A stretch of 63,917 nucleotides of DNA, from assembly GCA_900617105.1 (NCBI GenBank), contig UYFQ01000800.1, forward strand, positions 1-63,917. The letters are read 5' to 3'. Positions 12,955-27,328 of the stretch are shown piece by piece (within the stretch, counting starts at the first letter, position 1; every line of letters begins with the position of its first letter). The notes under the pieces were generated by a model that made no database searches, was not told the DNA's origin, and saw only the letters and a program-made list of their open reading frames with translations. Made by a program: the position numbers and the translations under genes. The DNA is from Hydrurus foetidus. Lineage: Eukaryota.

Positions 12955-13429
12955 TGCCCTCGATTGCTCCGCGCTTTTTATCTCCACCGCAGCTATCAAG
13001 GATCACACTGGAAAGACCGTCTTCACCGAATCATTCCGCACACCATACAGTTTGATCTCCTGTGAAGCAATGAGCAATGCTCTAGTATGACAGATCCCAG
13101 ATCCGAGATTGTCTCCTGTATTTACTCTGTACTGTACGTAAAACCGTGTAATTTTTGGCATACAAAATACAAAATACAAAATCCATTATTTGGCCGTTAC
13201 TTTCTGTATAATATTATCATATAGTACTGTTTACTGTTTACAGTTGGTTCTGGGGTTCTGTATGCTGGCAGCTGGCAGCTGGCAGCTGGAAGCTGGAGAC
13301 TCTCTTACTGACAATAGCAAGTAGGTTTATCGAGAGGGTAAACGCGGGAAATATTTTCGTGCCTTCGATCCTTTAGCCCCATTTGTCCATTTGTCCACAT
13401 TTTGCGCAGAGGCTGAAGATTCGGCCGCA
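12955..13429. promoter_or_regulatory. probable bidirectional promoter
   Basis: 475 bp between head-to-head ATGs, with short tandem (ACAAAAT)n and (GGCAGCT)n arrays. Confidence 0.5.
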
Positions 13430-16400
13430 ATGTCCAAAAAGCCTGGTGGGTTGTCTTCGAAAAACAGCAAAGTTATTGCGAACTCTAAGATTGATGACTT
13501 TCGAGCTGTCATTAGGACACTGGCTGCTGATTCGGTGAATTCAATTTCAGCTTTCCTACACATATCTCTCGATTCCTATGTCACTACAAAGGACAAGAAA
13601 GCAGTGATCTCGTTTGAGAACTTTCAACGAGGCCTATCAAAATTTACACAGCTTAAACAGAAATTCAGCAAGGCTGATTTAGAGGACATCTTTTCAGAAT
13701 GCGATGATATTGATGATGATGTGATTACAATTGATGGCTTGGCTGATTTCTGCCAAAGAACAATATCCAAAGCTCGAGCAATAGCTCTAAAGCTTCGCTC
13801 TGCCATATTGAAGGAATTTGAAGGCGAAGCTGGGTTCCGGGAAGCTTTCTCAGCTCTTGCAACGGAAACGTACATCGATCCAGGCGTCTTTATTGAGTTT
13901 GCCGAGGACATGCTCAGCATTAGCATCAGTGATAGCGATGGACTCGATTTATACAGCCTCTATGATATGGATGGTGATAAGAAAGTCTGTTACGAAGATT
14001 TTTTAGGATTCATCGTCGGGAAGACAGCAGAGGGAATGAGTGCATTAAAGGGTAAAGACCCAGATGCCATCGTAGATATCAGAATAAGTTATGGCAGTCA
14101 ACAGGATGCCGAGCTTCTTCGTTCAGGTTACTCGCAGATCTCTCCGAACTTCGGGCCACAAAATATTATGCGTCCGGGAGATGTAACAGCGCATGGCACA
14201 TTTGGAAAAGGTAACCTTTATCTTTGTGGCCCTCTGAAATCATGTGGAATCAAACATAGATGCCAGCTTATCCAACGCTGTCATATTTGCCGACTAATGT
14301 CATACTAAGGGTTATTTGGTTGACAAGAGATAGCATGATTATTCAAATCGCGCCTAAAATAACGCCATAAATTCGTCTAGGGCACAGCATGTGGGTATGG
14401 AGAAGAAAACAAGGAGTGTGCAGTGGTAGGCTGAAACCGATCACCGATATTCAGGTAGTCTTAAAACGAAACACTAGGTGCTCTTCATTGCTGTGTGACT
14501 ACCAAGACCCTAACAGATCGACATCAAACACGAAAATCATAGTTGGAAAGCAACGCAACATCATCTGCAATGGTCCTGAGTGGCTATACATGCGTTCCAG
14601 TGCAAGTTGCTAGCCAGTGGCTATGGCTGAAGAGAGCCAGCACTGATGAAGAGGAGAAGGACGCTATAGTGGATATACATGTCACTCTGGGAAGGCTGAA
14701 AGTCCCCTCCGATCTTATATGGGTGTCGCCTGGTGTGGGATGGATACGAGTTGATGGAAATTTCGCCAAGAGCAGCTTTTTGAATCAAGTGGATGCTCTG
14801 GTGTGGCTGAAACCCTCGCGTATTCGGTCTACAGACATGCACATGGCATCCCCTGCGCGCTCTTCAGTGGCATTGAGCGAAGAAGCAAGGCTAGCTAAGG
14901 TGCTTCTCATGTCCAGAATGGCAATTAGGAATCACGTGCCTCTCACGCAGTTGAAAAAAGTGGCCAATTTGCAGGACTATTCAGAAGGGAATGCGGAAGG
15001 GGCAGGTCTAGGGTCCGTTATAGTGGGGGCCCCAACCGGATCGAATGCTTTCCTGCTCCACAGAACAGAAAGAATATTCGATTTTTCAGCACTTTATAAT
15101 CATTACGACTCAAGTGGTAAGGGGCATTTAACAAGAAGAAGCTTAGAGAACATGCTGAACGATGTCGGTGTAAGAATGGACAAGATCGATGTAAATAGGT
15201 TTCTTTATTTCTTCAACTTCAACAAGCAAACAGGGTACATATCCCCCCAAGATTTCGGAATATTACTGAAGCTGTCTGACTTTGAGGTTGATCTGATGGT
15301 GGAGAAGATGAGGGTGAAGCTGCTGTCGTCAGTGAGGCCTGAAGCGCCCTCAGACACCAGGGGAGCCAGACTGACTGCCGGTACTTTAGATCGCTCATTC
15401 TGATTCTGCGTCTAATTCTGATTCTGTGCATGCACTGTGTGATTAGCCTCATATTTGTCTGTCTTGAACGTGTCTCATGTCACCAGTGTCTCTAAGTTCT
15501 TTGTTGTGTACATGCCACTGTTATACGTGTGTGTGTGTCTGGGCACCATCTACCTACCGTGCACTTGTCTGCTTTGAGTCTGATCTGATCTCATTTCCTC
15601 ATAAACAATTGATTGATTAGTGTTTTTTCTGCTTTGCTGCAGATGAACATAAAGCGGTCAGCGCCACTGCTGCGATGAATTCGTTAATCGGATACATGGG
15701 AGACTCACATGCGACCAGTAAACTGAGAGAGAACAGATTGTTAAGGTGTGTGATAGATGGGATAACAAGACTTGTCGAATTAAGTGGTCAGATCACTCTC
15801 ACTTTTCCCACATTTAATGAGACTAACTCTACTCGATGTGAATTCAAATATCTGCGTTTTGTCAGTGGCGTATTTAAAACGATCAACAGCACGGTGAACG
15901 GTATTCTGTCCCTTGGGGAAGTGCTCGACATGGCGGGCAGGCTCGAGCTGTTTCTCACAGAGGAAGAGGGATCGAGGATCTACGCTCTCATGGACACGGA
16001 CGGAGATGAAAAAGTGAACCAGCAGCACATACGCACAGTGTACAGCGCTGCTCCATTCTGCTCACTTCGCACTTTTTGATCTACTGTAACTGAGCTTTGC
16101 ATTCTCTTGCATTCCACTAATCATCCAGATAACGGAAGGAGACTTTATTGCCTTCATGTCGAGGAGTGGAGATACAACACCGAGGAAGGCAGCGAGGATT
16201 AAGGAGACAGCGGCTATGTTGAGGCGCTCCTTGCTGTCTGGTAATGTTTAGTAGTGTTTGTCGTGAGATATGGATTCATCACAATCCTTGGGTATTTCAT
16301 AGATCGCCTTTTTTCAATACTTGCATTACCATACCTCAATACACTCCACTCCATCATACCATACAAACACCCATCCAATCACTAACTAATTGACCCCTGG

Positions 16401-19400
16401 TTCCTGACCGGTTCTAGGATCTGCTGGTCTGCAGGCTCAGTCTGTCGCAGATCTGAGCAGAAGCACTATAGGGGGACTGTTCTCCAAAACGAATCTCACA
16501 ATTGAGGGGTAAGAACATTCTTGTCCAACTGTTGTGACGTTCGTGTTCTGAATGCTTATCTTGATTACTGTCGCTGGAATGGAATGGAGTACTGCAACGT
16601 CATGTTACAGGAGTGGAGGATTCTGCGTCTTTGATACATTTACTCTCCCTTTTTGTATGGCGTACTAGTGTGCATCTGAACTCAAGTGCCCGTTCCTCTC
16701 CAATCAGACACGTACTTATCTCTTCTGGCATTGCCATAACACCTAACCGCCATTCACAGAGCTGCGGAAAATCAGTGGCAGTCCTTCAGGAGGAAACACG
16801 AGAGGGCATCCGGCCAACGCTTTCCCGGCTATTTAGGTGCAGAGAACATCGCGAAGGCTGTCGGTGCTCTAGGGGTCAACATATCTGTGGGAGAGGCCAG
16901 GGAGCTCATTCTTTTGATAGGTGAGCTGTGAGATGAATGTACCACTGAGAGTTCGTGAGTTACACCTCTCACAATGAGCATAGCACGAATGCTGCTGGTT
17001 GCTGTGAATACCTTGAGAACATTTCTTTCCGACCTTACCAAGTGATGCACAGTAATGCGATGGTGTCGTATTTGGCGAAGACTGTAGTACAATCGATACA
17101 CTTGTACATCAAGAACTTATTACATGATTTTTCCTTATCTACAGCCCCTGAAAAAAGAGGTCGCATCCAGAAGAGTGATTTATCCGGTTTTATAAGTCGC
17201 ACTTGTCGTCCCTTTGGGGTGCTGCTCGCTCTGCTGGAGCGAGACCTGCTCAAAGGAATCATAGGGGCGTACCGTAAACTACGGTAAGTCCGTCTAGTGG
17301 GTGGGTGGGTGTTTTGTAGATCCTCTAGATGGCATGCAGATCCTCGTTTTCAATCAGTCGCAAATCATGTTCCCATTTTTATCCTAATCCTCTTTCATAT
17401 ATACGCTACTGTAGAGATGCTGTGCGGGATGACGGTGTCACGGCTGGTGTGGGGAGCGAGAGTAATCCTGTCTTGATGCAGAGGTCCGTCACTCAGTCGC
17501 AATACAGTATGATGTCGATCAGTATGCGTCAATACTTCAAGCATTACCCTAAAATTTGTTTTATGACGTCTGATTAAGCCCTCCATTCCCTTATGATCAA
17601 TTTGACTGATTCTGCTGCTCTGCACAGATATGAGTCCTTGGTCAGTGCATTAGTGAAAGTCATCATGAGCAGTCCAGGTGCCTCCTCTTCAAACAGAGCA
17701 GAGGTAGTACACCACACACACACTGCACTCTAATGCACCATGACATAGTAGATAACTTCCCTCTCGCTTGATCCCATTATGCAGGCTTCAGAATCAGCAG
17801 CACTCGTGAGTGGTTCTTCAGGTGGACCTGGAACTCAATCCTCGAATCAATCAAAACCGTCCCAATCGGTTTTAGATGTTGTTTCAGTGCATCAGCTGAA
17901 GACTGGTATAGAGGGAGTGTACAGGTGACAGTCACTACCACTTCACTTCCACTTCGGACTATAGAGATACAAACATACGCATGCGTCCCTTAACACTCAC
18001 CGACATATCTCACCTCTTCAGGGCTGTTAGTGCCACTAGTGGGGTGGGTAATGGAGGAGCCATATTCGAGAACACTGCTCCAAATCTGGAGGAATGGGCT
18101 CTGCTGGCCATTTTGGCTGGAGCAGGGGTGTGCGAAGAAGACACTTACGGCATCAGAGTGCGTACATTCATCGATGGTACGTATGCTGTCTTGTGAGTGG
18201 TCTGATGGCAAGGAATGGAAAAGAAGTTGAATCTTAAAACGATATTCCTAGTTAAATTGATCAGCTGCATGACTGTCACATTTCGATACTGCTCGTTAGG
18301 AATATGTCAGTATGCCGTGGGCGGTATAGGCACAGGGAGCGCCATGGAGGGTAAAGTGCCTCTGGAAGTTGTGTGTCGGGATTTACAGCGGATGATCAGG
18401 GAGGAGGCAAGGACAGCTGCTCTCATAGGTGATACATCAACATCATATCTATATCTACTCTTCTGTTCAGCGTTACATCAGAATTACAGCATATCTGATT
18501 TTCTTGTTGGAATTCCACCCTAGATCCGCGATTTTGATGTTGTTGTTGTTTGTACAGTCTCTATGACCTAAACACAGCACGATACTTTCTCATTTATTGT
18601 ATACCCTTTACACTTGATCTGTCTGCTTGCATGTCGTAGTTGGAGATAAAAGTAAGAAGCACGACTATGCGGCTGCATTCAACATGTTCGATGAGGATGG
18701 AAAGGGCACCATATCTGCTGAGGAGCTCAAAGTCATGCTGGTCAGGCTGCAACTCATCACACAAACAGCCGACAGGTAGCATGTCGCTGCATGGAAACTC
18801 AAATGCATTCGATTTCCTGGCGCAAACGCACTCACAATACCCTCCTACCATCTATCATCATGCAGTCAAATACCGCTGCTACTGTCCATGTTCGACAAGA
18901 GGAAGAAAGGGTACATCACCATGGATGACTTCGTTGCTTTCACCGAGGCGGGACAAGCTGTTGATGATGAGGACGCTGGACACTTCGTAGAGGATGTGAG
19001 TGTCCTTCACACTATGCCTTGTTTACTAGCACGTCTCTTCTTTGCCTCTCTACTGCCTTGCACTATTGCTCTACCCTCCTTTCATGTGACTGACGGTATA
19101 CCCCTTATACCCTCCAGGAGGAAGATGAGGAATGCGGTCCATCTAGCAACAAACCTCCCGCTGCCATCACCAAGAATGCTGATTGTGACTGGTACGCACA
19201 TGACCTCATCTCACCTCGTCTCCTCTCCGCCATTCGTTAGGGACCTCTATGTCTATCCTCTCTCCCCTCCTGATTGCAGCTGTTATGATGAGACCTTTAG
19301 TTCTTATTTGAGCGGTCCCAAGCTCATTTTATTCACTATATCTATACTATCTCAACCTCACTCTTCGTTTACCACTCACTGCACGTATCCCCTCTATCAG

Positions 19401-22400
19401 GCTGGCTTGGTTTCTATGGCGCCAGGCGTGCAAGTTAGAGTCCTCTGACCCAGAGGGAGTCATCACTGAGCTGGAGGCTGCCTGCACTGAGACGCACTTA
19501 TCACACCAAGAGGGCACGGTGAGAGCACCCTCAGATTATTAGGATTGAAGCTGTGCAATTCAAACATGAACACTGCGTTCCTTTGCCTTCTAGAGTTCAT
19601 ATGAGTCTTTTATTTTTCAATTGTACATTTCCCAGGTGAGCATCAAGGAAATATGGAACATTTTGTGCGAAATGAAGCTGAAGGGGCCACTGACCAAAGT
19701 TCAATTTGAAAAGTGCGTGAAGTACGTACTTCAAGATGAGACTGGAAAAGAAGAAGATCATATGGTGAGTCCCTTGGTCAATTGAATAGAGTGAGAATGG
19801 ACGATAGGAGAGAAGAGAATAGCCGAAATCTTGCGGGAAATTATCATTAATGTGCATGTTTATTTGTATTATCAGAATTTTTGTACCTGGGAGGTACTGC
19901 TCTTGACTCCTATTCTCATATGGCCCGAGGAACTTCACCGTAATTGAGTTGTACACACAGGCCCACACTCCTTTCATCCTCACGCTAATTGTCCTTTTCG
20001 ACCGTACCCTCATTTCTTCCAAACGTACTTCATAAAGCGTTTTGAAAGTTCATCGAACTGACTCTCTCACCGACTAATTGACTCACTGGTTGGCTGACAT
20101 GCACAGGTTGACTATGAAGCACTGTGTCGGTACACTGTCCGCATGGGCCGCGCCTACAACTCCCTAGTGCAGGAGATGAGGGGCATCGATGACAAGAACT
20201 ACGCGGCTCTCAAGGCAGAGCTGAAGAAGGAGCTGATCGCCATGATGAACACAGCAGATGGAAGGTGCCTATTCTATTCTATCACACCGAGCCTCACTTC
20301 CATTGGCTGCGCAACTTGCAATATTCCACTCATTCTTCCTCTTCACCGACTGCACTGTCAGTGATGCCAAGACAGACAAAGACAAAGACTCTCTATCCAA
20401 AGGTGGTAGCAAAGCGAAGGACAAGGAGAAGAATGACAATTTCCGAATCCCAACCGAAGCAGAAAATCAAATACCGCGATTCGAAAAAGTCATGCGGCGT
20501 ATGGACAGTGACGGAGACGGTAAGCATCGTATGGCATCTACTGTATTGTAGTGCTCCATATTGTGTACATCTCAGACTTATGGCGGCTGCAGAAAGTTCT
20601 GAAGGGCAGTGTGCCATGTCGTGCACACTGGCTCACACTCCCCCTATACATTTCCTCTCACTCTCGACACCCACCCATCAGGTAAGCTGACCGTGCAAGA
20701 GTTCAAAGTAGCACTGAAGCGACTTCGGTTCAAGGATGAGAAGAAGTGGACGGTGAAAATGATCAGAAGACTGTTTGAGGACTTCGACACGTGAGTAAAA
20801 GGAATAAACAAAGATGTAAACATGTGACAGTGACACAGAAGATGCGATTCTCCTTGATAGACACAATATTACCTCATCTGTTTTACCCCATCCTTCCGCC
20901 CTCCCACCCCCCTTATCACTTCATTATCTGCGTTTCTAGTGGCCAATACTATGTGATAACTTTATTGCGTCTGTTACCAGGGACCGAGACGGCTTGCTTT
21001 CCGTGGGAGAATTCGTTGCTATGATTCATGACAGCGAGATGACTGCAGGTACGTACGTGATTAGCCCATGAGATGAAGTAAAGTGACAATGGAGTACTTA
21101 ACTACAATTGTCTCTGTCGTACCCTCTCTCACTCCATGCAATGTTGCTGACTTTTTACACTCTCTTCACACTCACTTTAATCATTTTAGGCGACAGAGAT
21201 GAAGACAGGACTGTGGATCGGGATCCCCACCCTACCCTGTCAGATGACGAGGATGATGCGGTGTTCTCGAAGCAGAGGAACCTAGGATCGGACAGTGATC
21301 TATTCAAGAAGGTGGGAGAAATGCTGTGTCATGGAGGAGTTCTTCTGTTGTATTTCATTTTTTCCTGGTGCCCTCATGGTTATGAGAGTGTGCAATTGAT
21401 GTGTGTTCATCATAGCGCAACTCTTTTGGAGTAATATTCATGGCATCTTAGGAGGTCTATACTGGATCGCCCCTAGTTTCCTTGCATCGCCCTGTATACC
21501 CCTTTACTGGTCTCCAATTGTCTACTTATATCACCAATCCCTATGAACCCCTTTCACGCATCAGATCAACGAAGTCCTAAGAGATATCGTCCCTGAGGGG
21601 AACGGCGGTGAGTCTCACGCAGTGCTGGTCCAAAAGGAAGTGAGAAGGTTCTTCAGAAAACACGACACTGATGGCAGGGGGACTGTCACGGAGGAGAGGT
21701 TCCGATCCTTCTGCAGGTCAGCAGTAATTTAATCTTTCTGTGGCCGGTCAATCCTGTTGTGTCATTCCATGTGGTGCCACCTACTTCCTATTTCTCGTGA
21801 AAAAGGTTACTGTAGCTATGCTCAACAGTGAGGAGTGGTGCTATCAAAATTTATTTCTCACCATCCTGTCTTCAGTTGCATCAAATTCCAAGGAGTTGTC
21901 CATCTGTAAATTATTCTGATTTCACTCTCCATCTTGTCGCATCTTTTATTCTCATATGTGATTTCGACAACTCTTCCCTTCTCACCATAGCATCTTCCGC
22001 AATACCCTTTTATCTCGTATTTCTGATATCAGACGAAGTGGAGTTCAAGATAGACTGACTGTCGCAGAATTGAGGCGCTTAGTTGACAAGCTGAAGAAGA
22101 GAAGAACCAGCAGAGACAAAACAGCGAGCGTTGTTGACTACGAAAAGTGAGCACAATAATAGTAATAGCAACAGTGGAATCACCAGAGAGTTCCACCAGT
22201 TCTTATAGCTGAATTTAAACTCGTCATTCTACTACACTCATGCATTATAGACAATGAATTTCCTCAAAACTCTCAACACTGCTATGACAGTTGTCTTAAA
22301 TCACCATAACTTGATTCACTCCATTACCTCACTCCTTTCATCCATCAGGTTCTGCCACCATTTGGCCGCTGCTCCTGATAGCATTCCCAACAGCAGATCA

Positions 22401-23741
22401 GAAGGAGCTCTCCAAAAGCTACAAGATGCGGTGGCTGGAAGCATTCAAGATGGTGAATCATGATTTCTCATCGACAAAAGTGCGCTTCACGCATCTCTCT
22501 CTCTGTGTCATGATCGTTTATTTGTTGTTTGTCTGACACAGGTCGACCTTTTCTTTCCCTCTGCTCCCTCGTGGATCACAGGCTGTCAGGAGTGATCACG
22601 AGAGAGGTACACCAGCTCTCCCAATTCTCCATCTCTTTCTATCTTCTCCATTCTCCTCTGACGTTTGACATGGCAGTACCAGTTCAAACAAAGACACCTT
22701 ATCGCACTTTTCTTCTTCTGTCTCTTCCCTCTCTTTCTTTACTTCACTTCAACAGGAACTCATGCACACCGTGAAGATGATGGAGTCCAACTTGACACTA
22801 CAAGAGTTCAATGCTTTGAAGGAAATAATCCCGAGAGCTTTTCCAATGGGTAGCGATGGCGAGTATGTGGTCAACTATGTGGAGCTGAACGAAGTGCTCA
22901 TCAACCACAGTCCTAGAAACGACAGTTCCTTCGACAGGACTTTCTCCAACATGAACAGCACTACTGGGGGTAGGAGGGACACAATGAGAGAGACACCAAG
23001 AGACTTTGGGGACAGAGAAAGGGAGAGGGATAGAGACCGTGATCCGTACATCACGTCCCGCTCTATGAGTGCTCTTCCGAGCAACACCGCCCTCTGGGGC
23101 GCAAAAGGCACTACGCTTCTTTCTCGCAACCAGAGCCAATACCTGGACAGCAGGAAACAAAGCATGGACAGCAGCCGTATGAGCATCAGCACTCCAGGAG
23201 GATATTTGTCAGGACCCTCTCCTGTGTATGCAGAGAGCAGGGGAAGAGGAGGTGACGACAGAAACGCTTCGTCAAGCTCATCAAGAGGATTCTACGGCAG
23301 AGATAGAGACGTGGATCGAGATGATGAGGGAGGTTTCAGGGGTAGAGACAGAGACAGAGGTGACGTGTGTTGATGAGTGCGTATATTGACAGCTAAACTG
23401 TCCTACTTTGTCAACGTTGTATTGTTGCAGTCACGGGCATTCATTACTACCCCTCTACTCTCCTCTCTTACTGCTGTACTCCTTCCATCCGATATCTCAC
23501 CATTCCACTCCACCCTCATGACATGACATGACATGACATGACATGCAGTCACTGATCGTGGGAGACAAGGCGACGTGCTCTATGACCGCGTGCTCTCTTC
23601 CATCGCGGAGAGGGTCACTCAGGCAGCAGCAGATAGGGGGAGAAGCCTGGGGTCTCCCTTCTTCCTACTAAAACAGTTTGAAGTGTATGATGATGGATAT
23701 GGGGCAGCCACAGGGAGGGCTTTTGAGAACACATTAGGTGC

Positions 23742-23782
<41 letters not shown>

Positions 23783-26446
23783 ATAAAGGAGTGAAGTGTT
23801 CCATCTACACTGTAGCCTGTGACCACTGGATGTCATATTTACCTTGCTTTCCGTCTGCTGTCACCTAATCTGTCTCCCTCTCAACACCACGACACACATT
23901 CCGCATCAATTAGATACCCTCGGTGTGTCCCTTTCCGAGAGTGAGTTGCACGTACTGTACGAACGTTTTGGGAGGGATTCTGATCGTGTGGACTATCAGG
24001 CCTTCTGCCTGTTCTTGGACGATCACAGCCACCTCAACGAGAAGCTCGCAATAGAAAGTACGCTCACACATAAATACCGGTCGCTTGCATGCAAGGTTAT
24101 CTGATTTTATTCTCTTCGTGCCTAGCAGATGTTCCACGGCACAGAAGCCTTGATGACCATTACCCGCAGTCAAGTAGCGTGAGTCCACGATACAGTGCGA
24201 GGGACAGGGACAGGGAGAGAGATAGGGGTTCAGTGTTAGGCAGCGGGTTCGATGGGCGGAAGAGCTCACACAGCAGCAGGTGTGCCAGATCGCGTGTAAT
24301 GACTACTCTACACTTGAGAATATCACAGAGCTCCAGCTTTCCCTTCCTACGGACTAAAGCAGCAATGACTGAGCCCCATATGTCGCAATGGCCCCCCTCA
24401 TATCTGTCCGTCTGATTCTTTACCCCTCCTCCGTCCATCCTCTTTCGAATCCCTTAGAGGGTATAACGATCCACCCGCCTCCACGAGTCACCCTCGTGCT
24501 CCCTTCGATGTCGACCCAGTGCTCGAAACTTCTCACGTGGACCACTGGCTGACGCACGAGGCGTCTCCACGAGAGAAAAAAGAATTCTCAAACGTTTACG
24601 ACAGGTCCGTTGGTGCTGATATCATCACTATGGATTTCACTCTCTCTCTCTGAGACGAATTACTGATTCCTATCATTTTCTTAATCGGCACATTTGCAGT
24701 TTGCACAAATTCAAGACCGCTGTATCCGATCCTAGAGCTGGCAGGGAGGGCAGAAACCGGGACGATCAGGGAAACTTCTCGGAGCTGGATGGATATCCCT
24801 ATAGGGGAGGACTCGCAGCTCCTAAGGTGCAGTGAAGTGTGATGTGATGCACTGCGGTTCAATGCGATGTGATGTGATCAATGCGATGAAATGAGATGCT
24901 ATGCAGATTTGTGCGGCGTAGCACCTCTTACACACGTTACTCTTCTCAAATCCCATGATATCAACCCTGATCTTTGCACCATCAACTCATGCACCTACTA
25001 GGTGACGGACTCAGTGTCATCTGTGGGAGGGTACTCCCGACCCCCTGCAGGTCGGTCCAACTCTGTGTCCATGGTTCCCTGGAGGGATCAGAAAGAGAGC
25101 CTCGACACAGCCCCTACATCGCCAATTAAATCCTACGGTCAGTACAGTGCCTGTAGAGTCAGCTCATTCTTAGGAATTGATGCTTACAGAAGATGCGTGT
25201 TTCGAAGATAATTTTGATGAGTCCTTTAAGTGCAAAACAAAGGCTATTTTACATTAATTGAATCTTAATCAGTGTATATTCTCTATTGATCGCAGTTGGC
25301 CGGTCAGGATACAGATACAACAGCAGCGAAGAGGACTCTGGGTCGCTCTCTCCCACGCACTCCCCTTACTCCTCTGCTAGAGGTGACTCCCCTACTATAT
25401 CCAGCAACTCACCTTTTCTTTGTTCCCGTCAGTGGAACACCCTGCATTACAATGGATACGCGCTACTTGTCTCGTGTTTGCACGTCACGCATCATTGCTA
25501 GAATCTCCAGCCTAATGTCTATGACATATCAATTCTGTCGCTTTTTGCTGTGTGTTGCAGATACGGGACTGAGCAGACCCTCTACGTCCCCCTCTAAAAT
25601 GGGCACTCTGATGTGGGGCAGCGACACCCCTCTAGACCGCAAGGGCCAAGTGCCCTCCGTATCAGGCACGTATAGAGCGCTATGCTAATTCTGTGGCAGT
25701 GCTTTGAAATAGCTCTACTATCCCTATCAAAGAATGACGAGATGCAGCAATGTGATGTGGGTCTATTGTTTAACATCTGTATTTCTATTTGATGATAGAT
25801 CGCCTGTGGTGCTGTGCGGTATGTTTGTACGTGGAGAACCCGGCAAAGGAGTCCAAGTGCCAAGTGTGCGACTCGCCTAACTACTCAAAGGACAAGGTGA
25901 TCCATCAGTTGTAATAATTGACATCGAGTTCTGCTGCACATCCATCCATCTCATCAAGTCTACTTCTGAAGCACACTCACCACTCTAACATCACATCACA
26001 TCATATCACGTCACATCACGTCACGTCACATCACGTCACATCATATCACGTCACGTCATATCACGTCACATCATATCACGTCACATCATATCATATCACG
26101 TCATATCACGTCACATCACATCACGTCACATCATATCACGTCACATCATATCACGTCACATCATATCACGTCACATCATATCACGTCACGTCATATCACG
26201 TCACATCATATCACGTCACGTCATATCACGTCATATCACGTCACATCATATCACGTCACATCACATCACGTCACATCATATCACCTCATATCACGTCAGG
26301 CTTTTCAAGTCAAGGAGCAGTGCCGGAACTGCACTTTTCTGAACGGTCAATTTTCTCGGGAGTGTGAGATGTGCGGCGAGCCGATAAGTGGTGGTCAGTC
26401 GAAGCGGGAGAGAGGAAGAGAGCGGCCACTGTCCACCAGATACTAA
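13430..26446 (+). CDS. large multi-exon EF-hand protein with MABP-like beta-prism repeats and two C-terminal RanBP2-type zinc fingers
   Basis: Many EF-hand loops (DMDGDKKV, DTDGDEK, DEDGKGTI, DKRKKGYI, DSDGDGK, DTDGRGTV). Repeated AIVDI/PITDI..GY..W motifs. C-terminal WCCAVCLYVEN..CQVC and CRNCTFLN..CEMC. Dozens of GT-AG introns; last exon 26300-26446. The single-gene model is not fully traced. Confidence 0.75.
23744..23779. repeat. (GT)n microsatellite, intronic
   Basis: Direct observation just after a splice donor. Confidence 0.95.
25988..26298. repeat. pentanucleotide array (TCACA/TCACG/TCATA) in last intron
   Basis: About 60 variant 5-mers running up to the CAG acceptor at 26297-26299. 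Confidence 0.95.
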
Positions 26447-27328
26447 CCTTGATCGCAATCTATCGTATCATCTCATAAGTGCACTACTTCAAATTTCGAT
26501 CTACCCTTGGATTCTATTTTCATTTATTCACTATTACCCTCGTAGGCATTGGTCATCGTGTGTAATCATTTTTCATCTGTATCATTTTGTGTGCGATAGT
26601 TACGTACTGTATTAAGAGAAGTCTTCACTTGCACAGACTTCGTCGTTGAGAGCTGAGTTTCTGTGACTCAAAAAAATGAATGGTGGAGACACTGCTAACG
26701 TCCTTCTTCTGACTCCTGCAATCATCACGATGGCTCCTCAACACATAATCTGTGTCCTACAAACATCAACGCATAATCTGTATTCTGCTGTCCAACTGGA
26801 GTACGGAGTACATCACTTTTTGAATCATTCTCTTAGGAGTTCGGCACTCAGTCTCTCCCTCAAAATCAATTTCTGTGATCGAAATTCTGCTGACATTTGG
26901 TCAAATTAAGTAAATATGAAGGATGGGTGGCGAACTGACGGACATGTCACGTTTGGCGCTCCGAGTCAATGTAACGCAAAAATGACATTTGTATTGTATT
27001 GTATTGATAGGACGATGGAAGAAATGTGAAATCTAATTGCCCTCCCACGCCTTAGCTCTGTCTCCTGTCTCCACACAATTGTCAGACGAGAGGCGCGTAC
27101 CTCAGCATCTCTGGATAAGCTACTGCAGCTCGCAAGTCAATACTGGTCTGACAGGAGAGGGTCATGGAGGTGAAGGACAAAAAATACACATCATATGTCC
27201 GAGTGGACCGCTAATATGAGATTAAAGCTCTGTGGCAGAGGAGTTGATGGCAACATGTGCATCACTATTCCTTATTTACACTCTCCAATCCCATCCTGCC
27301 CTATCTTCCCCTTCCCCTTCCCTTTAAC

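Noticed and set aside
25918..26367. His/Val/Thr/Ser repeat ORF, and similar poly-Leu/Ser, HTHT, CTVLY and CVRT ORFs
   Set aside because: Translations of microsatellites in introns, LTR or decayed transposon DNA.
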